Both the position numbers and the translations under genes were made by a program. Positions 1 through 9,501 of a stretch of DNA of 31,011 nucleotides are shown here, piece by piece (position 1 is the first letter of the stretch; every line of letters begins with the position of its first letter). This stretch comes from a virus (lineage: Duplodnaviria; Caudoviricetes). The notes beneath the pieces were generated by a model. It ran no database searches. It had not been told where the DNA came from and saw only the letters and a list, made by a program, of their open reading frames with translations. The stretch covers positions 1 through 31,011 of IMG/VR virus record IMGVR_UViG_3300048861_000023, one strand, 5' to 3'.

Positions 1-672
1 GCGGCGTCTGAGCCAGTCACGGCATCTGCCCCGACCCCCGCTTCAACACCTGTTGTGAAGATCGCCGTTCTTGGCGATGACGAGGTTGCAGGAGTCTCGC
101 TCGGTCAATACGGAATGCCGATGCTCGTCTCGCCGAACGAGCAAGCCAATCTGCAGTCGGCGCTCCAGTCGCAGTTTAGCGATACGGGCATCTTGGTCAT
201 CAATTCGGCGACTGGCGGTACGTCGAGCAGCCTGCAGAATGAAATGGACGGCATGGATGGTGGCGGCTCGGCCGAACCGCAGCGCATGGTGTCATTTGGG
301 GCAAGCATCGTCATTCAGGAGCATATGCTGAACGATGCGCTCGGCGGTGAGACCGTCGACCAATACGCCGGCTATCTCACTCAATGGGTCGAGGATGCAA
401 AAGCGGCCGGCCTGACGCCAGTTCTTGAGGAAAGCGGCCCAGTGTGCGATGGCGACCATCCGCAACTGCCTAGTTATGTCGATGCGATGAATGAGGTTGG
501 GAGAAGTCTTAATGTCCCAGTCATTCATCAGTATTCGTATATCCAAGGCATCGCCGGATGGCAGTCGCACATGACTGGGTGTCTGTACCCGGATGCGACG
601 CTTCTTGCGGCAAAAGCAACTCAAGAACTGGTAGTCATTGCGCCGCTCGTGAAAGCTGCGCTCGGAGAATAA
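1..672 (+). CDS. SGNH/GDSL-fold protein, 5' truncated, catalytic residues apparently degenerate
   Basis: Frame is open from base 1 (AASEPVTASAPTPASTP linker). Recognisable blocks: KIAVLGDD (I), INSATGGTSS (II), HMLNDA (III), CLYPD (V position). Confidence 0.7.
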   Translation, partial: AASEPVTASAPTPASTPVVKIAVLGDDEVAGVSLGQYGMPMLVSPNEQANLQSALQSQFSDTGILVINSATGGTSSSLQNEMDGMDGGGSAEPQRMVSFGASIVIQEHMLNDALGGETVDQYAGYLTQWVEDAKAAGLTPVLEESGPVCDGDHPQLPSYVDAMNEVGRSLNVPVIHQYSYIQGIAGWQSHMTGCLYPDATLLAAKATQELVVIAPLVKAALGE

Positions 673-673
673 A

Positions 674-1513
674 ATGCACACGCAAAATCGGGTGGTTCAA
701 TCGTCTCGCGTCCGTCGCGCTGTTCGCAAACCGGTAGTTGTAGCTCGCTCAAGCCGAAAGGCTGGGTCGCGCTGGCGTGCTGCTGCAGTCGTAGCGGCGC
801 TTGGCTGCGCCGCAGGCAGTGCGCACGCTGAGCAAAGCTGGTTCGGCTTCGAGGCTGGAATTGGCGTCACCTCAGCCACTCCGGTCGGTGATGGCGTCTA
901 CTTCTCCAAAGGCTTCAGCCACTCGACGCCCAACGGCAGCTACGGCGGCCGCGTTGGCATCATTCTCAATGCCATCGAAGCCGCACCACGATCATGGAAG
1001 CCGGGCCTGCGCTTCCACCTGGCCTATACAAACTTCGGCAAGGTCAAATGGTCGTCGATGAATCCGCAAGACGAAGCGGATTTCTCGACGGTCGGCCAGC
1101 AAGGCGGCTACAGCGTCATCACGCAGAGCTGCGTCAACGGAAACTGCGGCGACTTCCGCAAGTTCGATAGCACAGGCGGCATGCAGGCTGTCTCTTTGAC
1201 GCTTGAGCCGTATTGGGATCTTGGCTCCGGCTGGCAGGTCGGCGTCGAAGCGGGCCCGGCACTCTATAAAAGCACTTGGACTGCGATCGCTACAGCCCAG
1301 TCGGACGGCATATTCGGGCCTGCCGGCACTCAAGAAACGCTCACGCACCCACCGCGCATCCAGCTTGGTGCGATGTTCGGCGCGTCCGTTGCAAAAGGTC
1401 CGTTCTCGGTGCGCGCGAACTATCTCTATGCTCCGATCGGCGCATGGCAAGGAAAGAATGTGCCGGCCGGGATCAAGGGAGAGTTCATGCTGAGCGGGAA
1501 CTATACATTCTGA
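674..1513 (+). CDS. Outer-membrane beta-barrel protein (OmpA/Ail/Lom-like small barrel) with long signal peptide
   Basis: Basic N-region, h-region AAAVVAALG, AHA|EQ cleavage site; alternating beta strands (FGFEAGIG, LRFHLAYTNFG, VGVEAGPALY); C-terminal LSGNYTF matches the Y-x-F BAM signal. Starts 1 nt after the upstream stop. Confidence 0.75.
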   Translation: MHTQNRVVQSSRVRRAVRKPVVVARSSRKAGSRWRAAAVVAALGCAAGSAHAEQSWFGFEAGIGVTSATPVGDGVYFSKGFSHSTPNGSYGGRVGIILNAIEAAPRSWKPGLRFHLAYTNFGKVKWSSMNPQDEADFSTVGQQGGYSVITQSCVNGNCGDFRKFDSTGGMQAVSLTLEPYWDLGSGWQVGVEAGPALYKSTWTAIATAQSDGIFGPAGTQETLTHPPRIQLGAMFGASVAKGPFSVRANYLYAPIGAWQGKNVPAGIKGEFMLSGNYTF

Positions 1514-1655
1514 GGAAAAGTCGCCTCATCAGCAGAGCGGTCAGAGGAACGAAAGCGCATGCAAACAACATATCCGTGCGTATTTGAGGAAAGCTTCGCA
1601 TGCGCTTATGTACAATGCGTACGGTTCCAAAAAAAAATTACAGTAGAAAGAGCGC

Positions 1656-2777
1656 ATGCAACCAAAGAAACTGGATTTCATTGATTCGCTGCGAGGCGTC
1701 GCGGCGCTCTATGTGCTCATCTACCATTTGAGCCTCGCAACTACTCCTGCTGTCACCGCACCGGGCTGGATTGAGCCTATTACTGGATCCGGTGGCTGCG
1801 GCGTCATGCTGTTTTTCGCATTGAGCGCGTTTACCCTATGCCTTTCGATGCAATCGAGAAGTGCAGACGAAACCACCCCAATCATCAACTATTACCTGCG
1901 GCGATTTTTCCGTATCGCGCCACTGTTCTATCTGTGGATGATCATTTCGTATGTTAGGGATGGGATGATCTATCACGTATGGCACCCGGTGGAAGTCGTC
2001 GCAAAAAGCTTCTTTTTTGTCTTTAACTTTTTCCCAGGTGGCGGGAACGGTTTCGTTTTAGCGAGCTGGACGATCGGCGTTGAGATGGCATTTTACGTGA
2101 TTTTTCCGCTTTTCTTTCGGATCGCCAACAACCTAGGAAAAGCCGTCGCGCTTTTTCTTTTAACTGTCTTGATACGAATGGTGTGGTTTCCGATTGCTGT
2201 CAGGACTTTGCCAGATTTGGTCGAATCCCAGAAATTCTATGAAATAAGCGTACTGCACCACATCCCTAACTTTATGGTTGGCATCGTCGCATATCACGTC
2301 TATCGACTTATTGATATGGAAGCAGCGCGTCGACAAGGAATTGGCTACATGTTGATTGCCTTGAGTCTTGCCACGTTCATCGGGTGGTTCTATGGCGGCA
2401 TCAATCTTTCGTCATTTGGGGGCCCGACTACCGTCCAAACAACTCTTTTTGCCGTTCTACTTGTCGGAGCCTCCATCTCGTCACCACGACTCCTCGTGAA
2501 TACTTTTACTCGATTCATGGGAAAGATCAGCTATTCGGTATATCTCGGACACTTCCCGATCATAGTTCTGATGACTGGCATATTTGCACGAATCTATCGC
2601 CACTTTCACATTGTTGAGATTGCCTACAGCCTATCGTTGGTGTCCGCACTTGCAGTCGTGACGCCCGTAGCGTATCTGACATATAGATTCATCGAACAGC
2701 CTGGCAATAAGCTGGGGCGAAAGTTTATTGCCGCACTAGCCACACAAAAGACCGCCCGCTCAGCGCAAACAAATTGA
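1656..2777 (+). CDS. Acyltransferase-3 (OafA/Oac-like) membrane O-acyltransferase, candidate O-antigen/polysaccharide acetylase
   Basis: Family motifs DSLRGVAALYVLIYH, GVMLFFALSAF, RRFFRIAPL, SWTIGVEMAFY, GKISYSVYLGH, YRFIEQP; about 10 hydrophobic segments; visibly more AT-rich than the structural genes. Confidence 0.92.
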   Translation: MQPKKLDFIDSLRGVAALYVLIYHLSLATTPAVTAPGWIEPITGSGGCGVMLFFALSAFTLCLSMQSRSADETTPIINYYLRRFFRIAPLFYLWMIISYVRDGMIYHVWHPVEVVAKSFFFVFNFFPGGGNGFVLASWTIGVEMAFYVIFPLFFRIANNLGKAVALFLLTVLIRMVWFPIAVRTLPDLVESQKFYEISVLHHIPNFMVGIVAYHVYRLIDMEAARRQGIGYMLIALSLATFIGWFYGGINLSSFGGPTTVQTTLFAVLLVGASISSPRLLVNTFTRFMGKISYSVYLGHFPIIVLMTGIFARIYRHFHIVEIAYSLSLVSALAVVTPVAYLTYRFIEQPGNKLGRKFIAALATQKTARSAQTN

Positions 2778-2870
2778 GGGAAGCGTCATTCGCCGGGCTC
2801 CGGCCAAGTATTCATGATGAACGTCGGGAGACGGCCTTTCAAAAATCTCGTCGAAGCCGATATTTACTGA

Positions 2871-4547
2871 TCAGAACTCGTACGCGGTGATGTAGAACAC
2901 GGCGGCAGTGATGTTGCCGCCAGTACCTGAAGTCAGTGTGTAGTAGAGCTGCTGAGGATTCGGTGTCCGCAGATTCGAGAACGACGATGAACTGCCGCCC
3001 GTGCCGTTGGCAGTCACGCCCACTGCCACACCTCCGACCGTCGCGTTGGTTGCGTAAATAAACAACGCAAATGCACCTGTCGCGTTGGCTGAGATCGATA
3101 TACCGCCGTCAATGGATATTGCGTTACGTGGTGCGGCAGGAGTGATAGAGACCAGCGCTGCCGGCCCCGGATTGGTCAAACTCATGACGTTGATCGACGA
3201 AATAGTGGTTTTCCGGTCGATCTGATAGGCCGTTGCAAGTAAGCCAGCAGGAGTTGTTGGCCACACGGACACGAGGGCACTTGCCGTGTAGCCCGTTGGC
3301 ATGTTTGCGCCGCCGTATATGTTCGGTTGCTTTGCCGATGTAGCGTTCGTGGCCAGTAGCGCACTCGTCGCGGTCGTCGGGTTGTAGATCGCATAGAGCG
3401 CAACATATCCGGACACAGGGGCCGTGCCAGTGTCCATGCCTCCCACGCCGGTCGTGGCAAGGTTGATGGTTTTGCTGAACGATGCTAGGCAATACCGCAG
3501 GCCGCCTAGCGCCGTCTCGACAACGATTTCGTCGGCCGTCAGCGTCGCTGTAGCGCTCGCTGCGGCGACGGACATCGCCAGATTCCGAACTTGCCCCACA
3601 ACACCCGAAACCTGCCCGAACTGCACGGCTTGCTGGGATGCAGTGGCGGGGGCGACTTGGAGGGCGTCGATAACGACGTTCGCGCCATTGCCGCGGAGCG
3701 TAGTGGCGCCAGTAGCCAGTGCGACTGCCGTGCCGCCACTGACCAGAGCCGACAGCGTGAACGATCCTTGCGTCGTCTGGTTGACGACATACCATTCCTG
3801 GATCGTCGACGGGAACGTCACCTGAACGTTGGCCGTCAGCGTGCCAGTCAGGATGATGATCGGCTTCGAATACTGCGCGGCCGTCAGCGTGACATTCGAC
3901 CCGGTGAGCGCTACCGATGCCGCGCCATAGAACAGCGACGGAAGCCATCCCGATCCGCCCGTCGCAGTGATGGCGGTGCTGGCCGCCGTGAGCGAGATGC
4001 TGACCGTGTACGTACCGGTCCCGCCCGTACCCGTGCCAAGTGCCGTGATCTGCGTGCCGGTCGTGATACCCGTGCCGGAGATAACCTGACCAACCGTTAC
4101 CGTGCCGGATGCAACAGCCGAAACGGTGAGTGTCGTTCCAGAGATTGACCCGGTGAACGAAGCCGGGCCGGCGTCCGGGTCAGTGAGGTTATTGTCGACC
4201 GTATTGCGCCAGAAGCCGGTGCCGTCAAGACTTTGCAGAACAGCCCCGTTCGGATAGCCGCCGATCGACGTCGCGTACGTCACGCTGTAGACCGGCTTCC
4301 CGCCCACCTGAACCCATTGCAGGCCAGCCGTGATCTGGTTGAGCAGCCCGTTGAAGTCCTGTCCGAATGGCGGAACGCCGCCCGCGTTAGCCGCGAGAAA
4401 CGTCAAGGGAGGGAAGCCATCGTTGAGCGACGCCGCCCCGTTCGTGATGCCGATCTGCGAAGCCTGCGGAATGGCCCGGATATAACCCGACCCGGCATTG
4501 GCCGCAAAAGGGAGAGTGAATGAGGAAGGTGCCTGGCTGGCTTGCAT
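2871..4547 (-). CDS. Tail fibre protein
   Basis: Last gene of the tail operon. N-terminal baseplate-attachment motifs (GFPPLTF...[24 protein letters not shown]) and a Thr/Gly-rich beta C-terminus. ATG at 4547 preferred over TTG at 4562. Confidence 0.88.
   Translation of the reverse strand: MQASQAPSSFTLPFAANAGSGYIRAIPQASQIGITNGAASLNDGFPPLTFLAANAGGVPPFGQDFNGLLNQITAGLQWVQVGGKPVYSVTYATSIGGYPNGAVLQSLDGTGFWRNTVDNNLTDPDAGPASFTGSISGTTLTVSAVASGTVTVGQVISGTGITTGTQITALGTGTGGTGTYTVSISLTAASTAITATGGSGWLPSLFYGAASVALTGSNVTLTAAQYSKPIIILTGTLTANVQVTFPSTIQEWYVVNQTTQGSFTLSALVSGGTAVALATGATTLRGNGANVVIDALQVAPATASQQAVQFGQVSGVVGQVRNLAMSVAAASATATLTADEIVVETALGGLRYCLASFSKTINLATTGVGGMDTGTAPVSGYVALYAIYNPTTATSALLATNATSAKQPNIYGGANMPTGYTASALVSVWPTTPAGLLATAYQIDRKTTISSINVMSLTNPGPAALVSITPAAPRNAISIDGGISISANATGAFALFIYATNATVGGVAVGVTANGTGGSSSSFSNLRTPNPQQLYYTLTSGTGGNITAAVFYITAYEF
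3966..4163 (-). repeat. 66-codon virion module, copy 1 (in tail fibre)
   Basis: [66 protein letters not shown]. Confidence 0.9.
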
Positions 4548-4560
4548 GTTTTCGAAGCCC

Positions 4561-4598
4561 AAAAAGAAAAGCGGCCCGACTCGGAGGAGTGGGGCCGC
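4561..4598 (-). terminator. Intrinsic terminator upstream of the tail fibre gene
   Basis: Minus strand GCGGCCC-C-ACTC ctcc GAGT-C-GGGCCGC followed by TTTTCTTTTT. Confidence 0.75.
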
Positions 4599-4626
4599 TA
4601 TGAACGGTGAGTTTTGAATCAGCGAA

Positions 4627-5280
4627 TCAGGAGAATCCCGCGAAGAACGTCCCCTGATTGAACCCTGTGTAGACAGGACCGCCTTCAGCGAAGCCGAACT
4701 GTTCAGGCACGTTGAGCACCATGATGTTCATGTTCACGCCGGTCGGGCCGACGAACGCGCCGGACTGTTTGAGGATGGCGATCTCATATGGTGCGAGCGG
4801 GAACTGAAACACAACCAGCATCGTCATGTTTCCGCTGTCCATGACGTACGCATTGCCCCGATCCGGGAAAAGCTGCATCAGGATCGTGTTGTAAGTCTGG
4901 ATGGAGCAGTTCGAGATGTTGGTGAGCGCCTTGATCAGGATCAACGCCCGGAATGCATCGTCGGAAAGGGTGTAGTTCTGCGTTGCCTGTGTCCCGGCAT
5001 AAAAAACACCCTGCCCGAATGGCGCGACTGATGCGGTGCCAGCTTCTTCGTATCCGAAATCGACGACGCCACCCGGGATCTCCAGCACATTGCTGACGCC
5101 AACGATTCGCCCCCATACCTGCAGGCCATATCCGACCGCAGTCTGAATGTTCCAGACATTGGTGTAGAAGGCGTCGATATTTGCACTGGGGTCGATCGCA
5201 TCGTTCATGCTTTCGATCAGCGACATCAATGTCGGCGAATTGGCATACTGGCTCAGAACGGTATCGAGATAGTTCTGCAT
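4627..5280 (-). CDS. Baseplate wedge subunit (DUF2612-like)
   Basis: Motifs [44 protein letters not shown]; lies between baseplate J and fibre. Confidence 0.85.
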   Translation of the reverse strand: MQNYLDTVLSQYANSPTLMSLIESMNDAIDPSANIDAFYTNVWNIQTAVGYGLQVWGRIVGVSNVLEIPGGVVDFGYEEAGTASVAPFGQGVFYAGTQATQNYTLSDDAFRALILIKALTNISNCSIQTYNTILMQLFPDRGNAYVMDSGNMTMLVVFQFPLAPYEIAILKQSGAFVGPTGVNMNIMVLNVPEQFGFAEGGPVYTGFNQGTFFAGFS

Positions 5281-5281
5281 A

Positions 5282-6724
5282 TCAGGAGAACGTCACGGTG
5301 ATGTTTGCCGTCGATACGGTCGGAACCTGGTTGATATTCATTAGCACGGCATTTTGGCTAGCCGTGCCGACGCCCACCTGAATCCCGTAAATGAGCGCCC
5401 ACGATCCCAGTGCCGCAATGTTTGCGTAGAATCGGCTGGCGAAAATCCAGCTACCGATCCGCGCTCTCTGACCGCCATCGGCGCCAGAAAATGACTCGAC
5501 GATCGCGGCCTGGATCAGCGCAACCGCATTGGAGGGAACGCTAGCGTTGCTCTGCATCTGAACAGCAAACAGGACAGCTGTTGGCGTGGGCGTCTGGTAT
5601 GTAACCGTATATTGTGGATACGGTGGGCTATACGGATAGGCGGTTGTTCCAGTATCAGTGACCGTGACCGATGTGTTGCCGTTGTAGTTGCAACCAGGGC
5701 TTTTCTTGGTCCAGATAGCCTGACCGATGGACTGCGCCTCGCCGCCGTATGCTGCAACATAGAGCGAGTTTGGCGCGAGTTGTACGCCACCCACCGCCGA
5801 TGTCATGGCACGCGAGGCGACCGTCTGGCTCAGGTAGATGACATACGTTCCGGTTCCGCCGGTTCCCGTACCGAGGGCGGTAATCGTGGTTCCCTGCGAT
5901 ACGCCGGTCGCGACGATGGTTTGCCCAACCGCGATGGTCCCCGACGATATCGCTGTGACGGTCAGGGTCGTGCCAGAAATGGAACCTGTGAAGGAGGCAC
6001 CACTTTGCACGGACAGATTGTTTTCGATCGCGTAGGCGTCCAGCACGTCGCTGACACTGAAGACTGCGCCAAGCACCGACGGCAGTGAGCCTTGTGCATT
6101 CATCGCCACCGACTGCGACCGCCGATACTCGAAGTCCGCACGGGTTTCGACGTCGTTCCCTACTACGCCCGAGGCGCAGGTCACCGAGTCCCATCCCGGA
6201 ATAGCCTGATAGATCGAAACGCCGTCTGTCGCAGGAACCGCAATCGGACCCGTTGTCGTACAGGCGAATGATGTCGTAACAGTTCCGCTCGACGGGATCG
6301 TTACCGTATCCGTGCAAGCATAGATATTGCCGTCGCCGTCAGAGATCAGCGCGCTGGTCGCAGGAATTACTACTCCAGCCAGACCGACGCAGGGGATCTG
6401 CAGAACGGTCGGCTGGGCCGCGTTGCGCTCGATGTAGTAGATACGCCCGATCGCATCCTGCATCCGGCCTGATGCGTATGCCGGGTCGACTCCATTTGCC
6501 AGTGCGAGAAACTGATCGTTCGCATCGCCGATGATGGCCGTCTCGCTTGATGCCAACTGCCCTTGCGGAGTAGTTAGATTTGGCGTGCCATCGGAGTTGG
6601 TGAGGGAAAGGTCTCCGCCGAAAGCCGCATTCTGGTCGGCCTGGACTCCAGCGAGAATTGCCGACTCGGCAGGCGCAATGAAGCCCGTCGTGCCGAACGA
6701 TGGACTTGGTACGTTCGTCGTCAT
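5282..6724 (-). CDS. Baseplate J/Mu gp47-like wedge protein
   Basis: Motifs [51 protein letters not shown] at 6724 follows a terminator. Confidence 0.88.
   Translation of the reverse strand: MTTNVPSPSFGTTGFIAPAESAILAGVQADQNAAFGGDLSLTNSDGTPNLTTPQGQLASSETAIIGDANDQFLALANGVDPAYASGRMQDAIGRIYYIERNAAQPTVLQIPCVGLAGVVIPATSALISDGDGNIYACTDTVTIPSSGTVTTSFACTTTGPIAVPATDGVSIYQAIPGWDSVTCASGVVGNDVETRADFEYRRSQSVAMNAQGSLPSVLGAVFSVSDVLDAYAIENNLSVQSGASFTGSISGTTLTVTAISSGTIAVGQTIVATGVSQGTTITALGTGTGGTGTYVIYLSQTVASRAMTSAVGGVQLAPNSLYVAAYGGEAQSIGQAIWTKKSPGCNYNGNTSVTVTDTGTTAYPYSPPYPQYTVTYQTPTPTAVLFAVQMQSNASVPSNAVALIQAAIVESFSGADGGQRARIGSWIFASRFYANIAALGSWALIYGIQVGVGTASQNAVLMNINQVPTVSTANITVTFS
5801..5998 (-). repeat. 66-codon virion module, copy 2 (in baseplate J)
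   Basis: [66 protein letters not shown]. Confidence 0.9.
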
Positions 6725-6735
6725 TGAATGGGCGT

Positions 6736-6760
6736 AAAAAAACCCGCTCAATGGCGGGTT
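6736..6760 (-). terminator. Intrinsic terminator upstream of baseplate J
   Basis: Minus strand AACCCGC cattga GCGGGTT followed by a T run. Confidence 0.75.
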
Positions 6761-6781
6761 GATTGGCTGGGTCGACGCGGG

Positions 6782-7135
6782 CTAGAAGCTGGCCGCTGTC
6801 GTTGTTCCAGTGGAATCCGTGACCTGAATCTGTCCGGTGATCTGGCGGCTTGCAACGCCGGATATGAATACTTGTGCGCTTACGACACCTTGGACTGTAA
6901 GCGCAGCATTTACGAGACTGGCCTTCACCACCGTTAGAGCTGGGAAGTGCCCGAGTATCTCGGCCCAGTACGGGACGCCCACCGTCGTGTCGTACCAGCA
7001 CTCACCGAGGAACGTCCGGCAAGCGGCCGCAGCATCCTGAGCGAGGCTGTACGGCTCCGACGCGAGGGCGATGTTGCCGGATATGTCGAGCGCCAGATCC
7101 CATGAGGAAGGGTCAAGATAGAGAGTGGTCGTCAT
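6782..7135 (-). CDS. Baseplate wedge/sheath initiator (gp25/Mu gp46-like)
   Basis: WDLALD..GNIA, FLGECWYDTTVGVPYW, VQGVVSA; position after the spike gene. Confidence 0.8.
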   Translation of the reverse strand: MTTTLYLDPSSWDLALDISGNIALASEPYSLAQDAAAACRTFLGECWYDTTVGVPYWAEILGHFPALTVVKASLVNAALTVQGVVSAQVFISGVASRQITGQIQVTDSTGTTTAASF

Positions 7136-7893
7136 CAGTTCGGCGGAGTCGTGACTGCGGTTGCGCCTTGCGCGGTGTGCGTATGCGTGCTGTCGATCGA
7201 TTTTCCGTTCGACGTTATGGAGCCGATGAACTGAACAGACCCAGTGATGACCGAAGCGACGCCGCTAACTACGCTGCCAGTCATACCTGCGAGCCATGAG
7301 AGCAAGCCCTGAATAATCACGGCACCACTGAAATTAGACTGTGGCGAGTTGACAGTGAACGATGTGGAAGCATTCGCCACGATCTGTGGAGCTGTCATGC
7401 TGATTTGCGTCGGCGACACCATCGCGATGCCGGAGCTGGAGAATGCGATGTATTGCGTGGGGGTGCCGTTGAGCATCCCACCGAAATAAGCCGCGTCGGC
7501 CATGCTGAACATTCGCCGGCTGCCGGGATTGGCCTGGGCCTTGTTCGCGGTTGCGCTCGAGATATCCCGATCGGCGAACCCAGCCCAGCCGATGTCACCC
7601 ACTTGCGGGTCAATAATGATCGCGTTAGCGCCACCCTGAATCCGGAAGTACGGGCAGTGATAAAGCACGCCATGCGCAACTGCGCTTCCCGCGCCGTCAA
7701 TCTGGTTGACGAGTGGGTGCAGGTCCACGAACCCAACGGGAGAGATGCCGCCCGAGTTTGTCACCCCTACCACTTTGACGAGGGTCATCGTGCGAACCCG
7801 CGCAAGGATCGACCAGACCATGAAGGTTTGGGCGTTGTAGTCAGACGTACCGTCGTTCGGAGTCTGCTGCCCGTTGAAGCCTTGATTAGACAT
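7135..7893 (-). CDS. Baseplate central spike (gp138/gpV-like)
   Basis: OB-fold motif IIIDPQVGDIGWAGFADRDIS; C-terminal metal-binding HTH motif (STHTHT...TTPP). Confidence 0.88.
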   Translation of the reverse strand: MSNQGFNGQQTPNDGTSDYNAQTFMVWSILARVRTMTLVKVVGVTNSGGISPVGFVDLHPLVNQIDGAGSAVAHGVLYHCPYFRIQGGANAIIIDPQVGDIGWAGFADRDISSATANKAQANPGSRRMFSMADAAYFGGMLNGTPTQYIAFSSSGIAMVSPTQISMTAPQIVANASTSFTVNSPQSNFSGAVIIQGLLSWLAGMTGSVVSGVASVITGSVQFIGSITSNGKSIDSTHTHTAQGATAVTTPPN

Positions 7894-8779
7894 TGAGCGG
7901 CGAACCCGTGAATGATGTTTCCCAGAGACCGTTCGGCGTCTCGCTTTCCAGATCGTGGTTCAGCTCATAGATTACGAACTTGCCGTTAGCGAATGGAAGG
8001 CTGCTCTGCATGGAGCACGTCAAGCCGTACCGGAGTTGAGGATTGAACAGAGTGCGGACCTTGGCCGCGCCGCTCAGCCCGGCATTGACCGGATAGCCGA
8101 TCATTCCTGTCGATGGCGCGATCAGCGGGACGGCTCCGCCACGCGATCCGCCTTTAGGCCATATCGCGAGAATATTGTTTTCGATGATCCAGTTGATGTT
8201 TGCTGCAGTAGCGCACTCTTCCATCTGCTGCCGCGGCGATCCGCTGAAGTAGGGCGTAGCCAGCATGACCGACACGCCATTGTTCTCGAATGTCAGATTG
8301 GATGCGGTCGCAAGGTTGCGCATGATGACTGCAGCATCCGCAGAGCCCGGGTAGCTGGACGGCCCGGCAAGCGCAACGGCCGGCAACATCCCGCCATGCG
8401 CCGTGATATGCAACGGAGAGTCTGGCGCGGCGTTCATATCGACCGTAGCCAGAACCACTTGGCCCTGAAAGACCGTGCTCATGCCGACCAGATCATCGCC
8501 TGCCGCGACCAGCAACTCGTAGAACCGCGTCGTCACCTGGCCGCCATTCAGGCGGCTGACAGTCGATAACTGGTTCAGTAGGGATGGCGTCAATCCATGA
8601 ACGATGACAGAGGCCTCGCCCATCGAGGGGGCGCCCGCCGTTGCGATCGTCGCCTGAACTCTCAGGCCGGACACCATGACTGTGTCGTAGTTGCCTTCGG
8701 TGAAGGTGTACTGAGCGCCAGCCGAATCTTTGCCAAGTCTGAAGGTCAGATCGATTTTGCGCTGAACGAAGCTCATCAA
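7886..8779 (-). CDS. Baseplate hub protein
   Basis: 297 aa between plug and spike; motifs LIAPSTGMIGYP and LFNPQL...GKFVIYELNHDL...W. Confidence 0.75.
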   Translation of the reverse strand: MMSFVQRKIDLTFRLGKDSAGAQYTFTEGNYDTVMVSGLRVQATIATAGAPSMGEASVIVHGLTPSLLNQLSTVSRLNGGQVTTRFYELLVAAGDDLVGMSTVFQGQVVLATVDMNAAPDSPLHITAHGGMLPAVALAGPSSYPGSADAAVIMRNLATASNLTFENNGVSVMLATPYFSGSPRQQMEECATAANINWIIENNILAIWPKGGSRGGAVPLIAPSTGMIGYPVNAGLSGAAKVRTLFNPQLRYGLTCSMQSSLPFANGKFVIYELNHDLESETPNGLWETSFTGSPLNV

Positions 8780-9108
8780 CCTTCTCCGTTCAGATCCGTC
8801 GTTTCAAGGTAGAGCAGCAGGTATCGCGTCCCAAGACCTGGACTCGATGGATCAAGCCCGGTGCTCGGGATAGTGGTCGTGCCCTGTGTATCGTAAAAGC
8901 ACAGATCGCCTGTGAAACCGAGATACGTGCTACGCACGATACGGTTCAGGTTCTGGCAGACGACGCCGCCGATGATCAGCACGTCGCTAACATATAGATC
9001 GCAATAGAACCCCGTGCTTTTCTGATACAGATTGATCTTGCAGTTCTGACTAGCGAGAACCGTCCTAATTGTCTGCGAATCGGCGTCGCTGAGTGGAATT
9101 ATCTGCAT
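8776..9108 (-). CDS. Small baseplate protein (plug-like)
   Basis: MQIIPL...SQTIRTVL..QNCKINLYQK...GFTGDLCFYDTQG; stop overlaps the hub start (ATGA). Confidence 0.7.
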   Translation of the reverse strand: MQIIPLSDADSQTIRTVLASQNCKINLYQKSTGFYCDLYVSDVLIIGGVVCQNLNRIVRSTYLGFTGDLCFYDTQGTTTIPSTGLDPSSPGLGTRYLLLYLETTDLNGEG

Positions 9109-9168
9109 TGCCTGTTGCACTCTTTCGGTGTGGCAGGATTTCCTGAGAACCAAACCCCGGAGAAGGAT

Positions 9169-9501
9169 ATGAAGCGCTATCTCGTCGCACTTACTCTATT
9201 AGGCAGCACGGCCTGTCTTGCACAACAGGTCAGCCCGCAACGAATGAAGGAATGCAACCAGCAGTCGTTGCTTGTGGGAATGGCTGCGGACTACCGCGAT
9301 GCTCGCCAGTCGCCTCAGGAGACATTGAAGTTCATTAATCAGCGGCGAGAACTTTTCAGCGTTCTGCCTGACTGGCAGATCAAGAAAATGATCAATGCAG
9401 TTTTCTTCGACGATCGCCTGGCGCTTCCATCTGGCGTTCTTAGCCAGGCTGTCGCACAACAGTGCATCCTTCCTGATCCTCAGTTCCAGCCGCTCCAATA
9501 G
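9169..9501 (+). CDS. Secreted/periplasmic hypothetical protein, antisense moron within the tail operon
   Basis: RBS GGAGAAGGAT-ATG; signal peptide MKRYLVALTLLGSTACLA|QQ; two Cys in the mature part; fills the gap between two minus-strand genes. Confidence 0.75.
   Translation: MKRYLVALTLLGSTACLAQQVSPQRMKECNQQSLLVGMAADYRDARQSPQETLKFINQRRELFSVLPDWQIKKMINAVFFDDRLALPSGVLSQAVAQQCILPDPQFQPLQ

Noticed and set aside
2778-2870. Bidirectional terminator or att/inversion site between the acyltransferase and tail fibre
   Set aside because: Only a weak CCGG hairpin without a U-tract; no matching repeat or recombinase gene seen.
4627-5280. Duplicated FG(Y/F)xE...FxQGxF motif in the DUF2612-like protein
   Set aside because: Real but short, unrelated to the 66-aa module, and this motif type is common in such wedge proteins.
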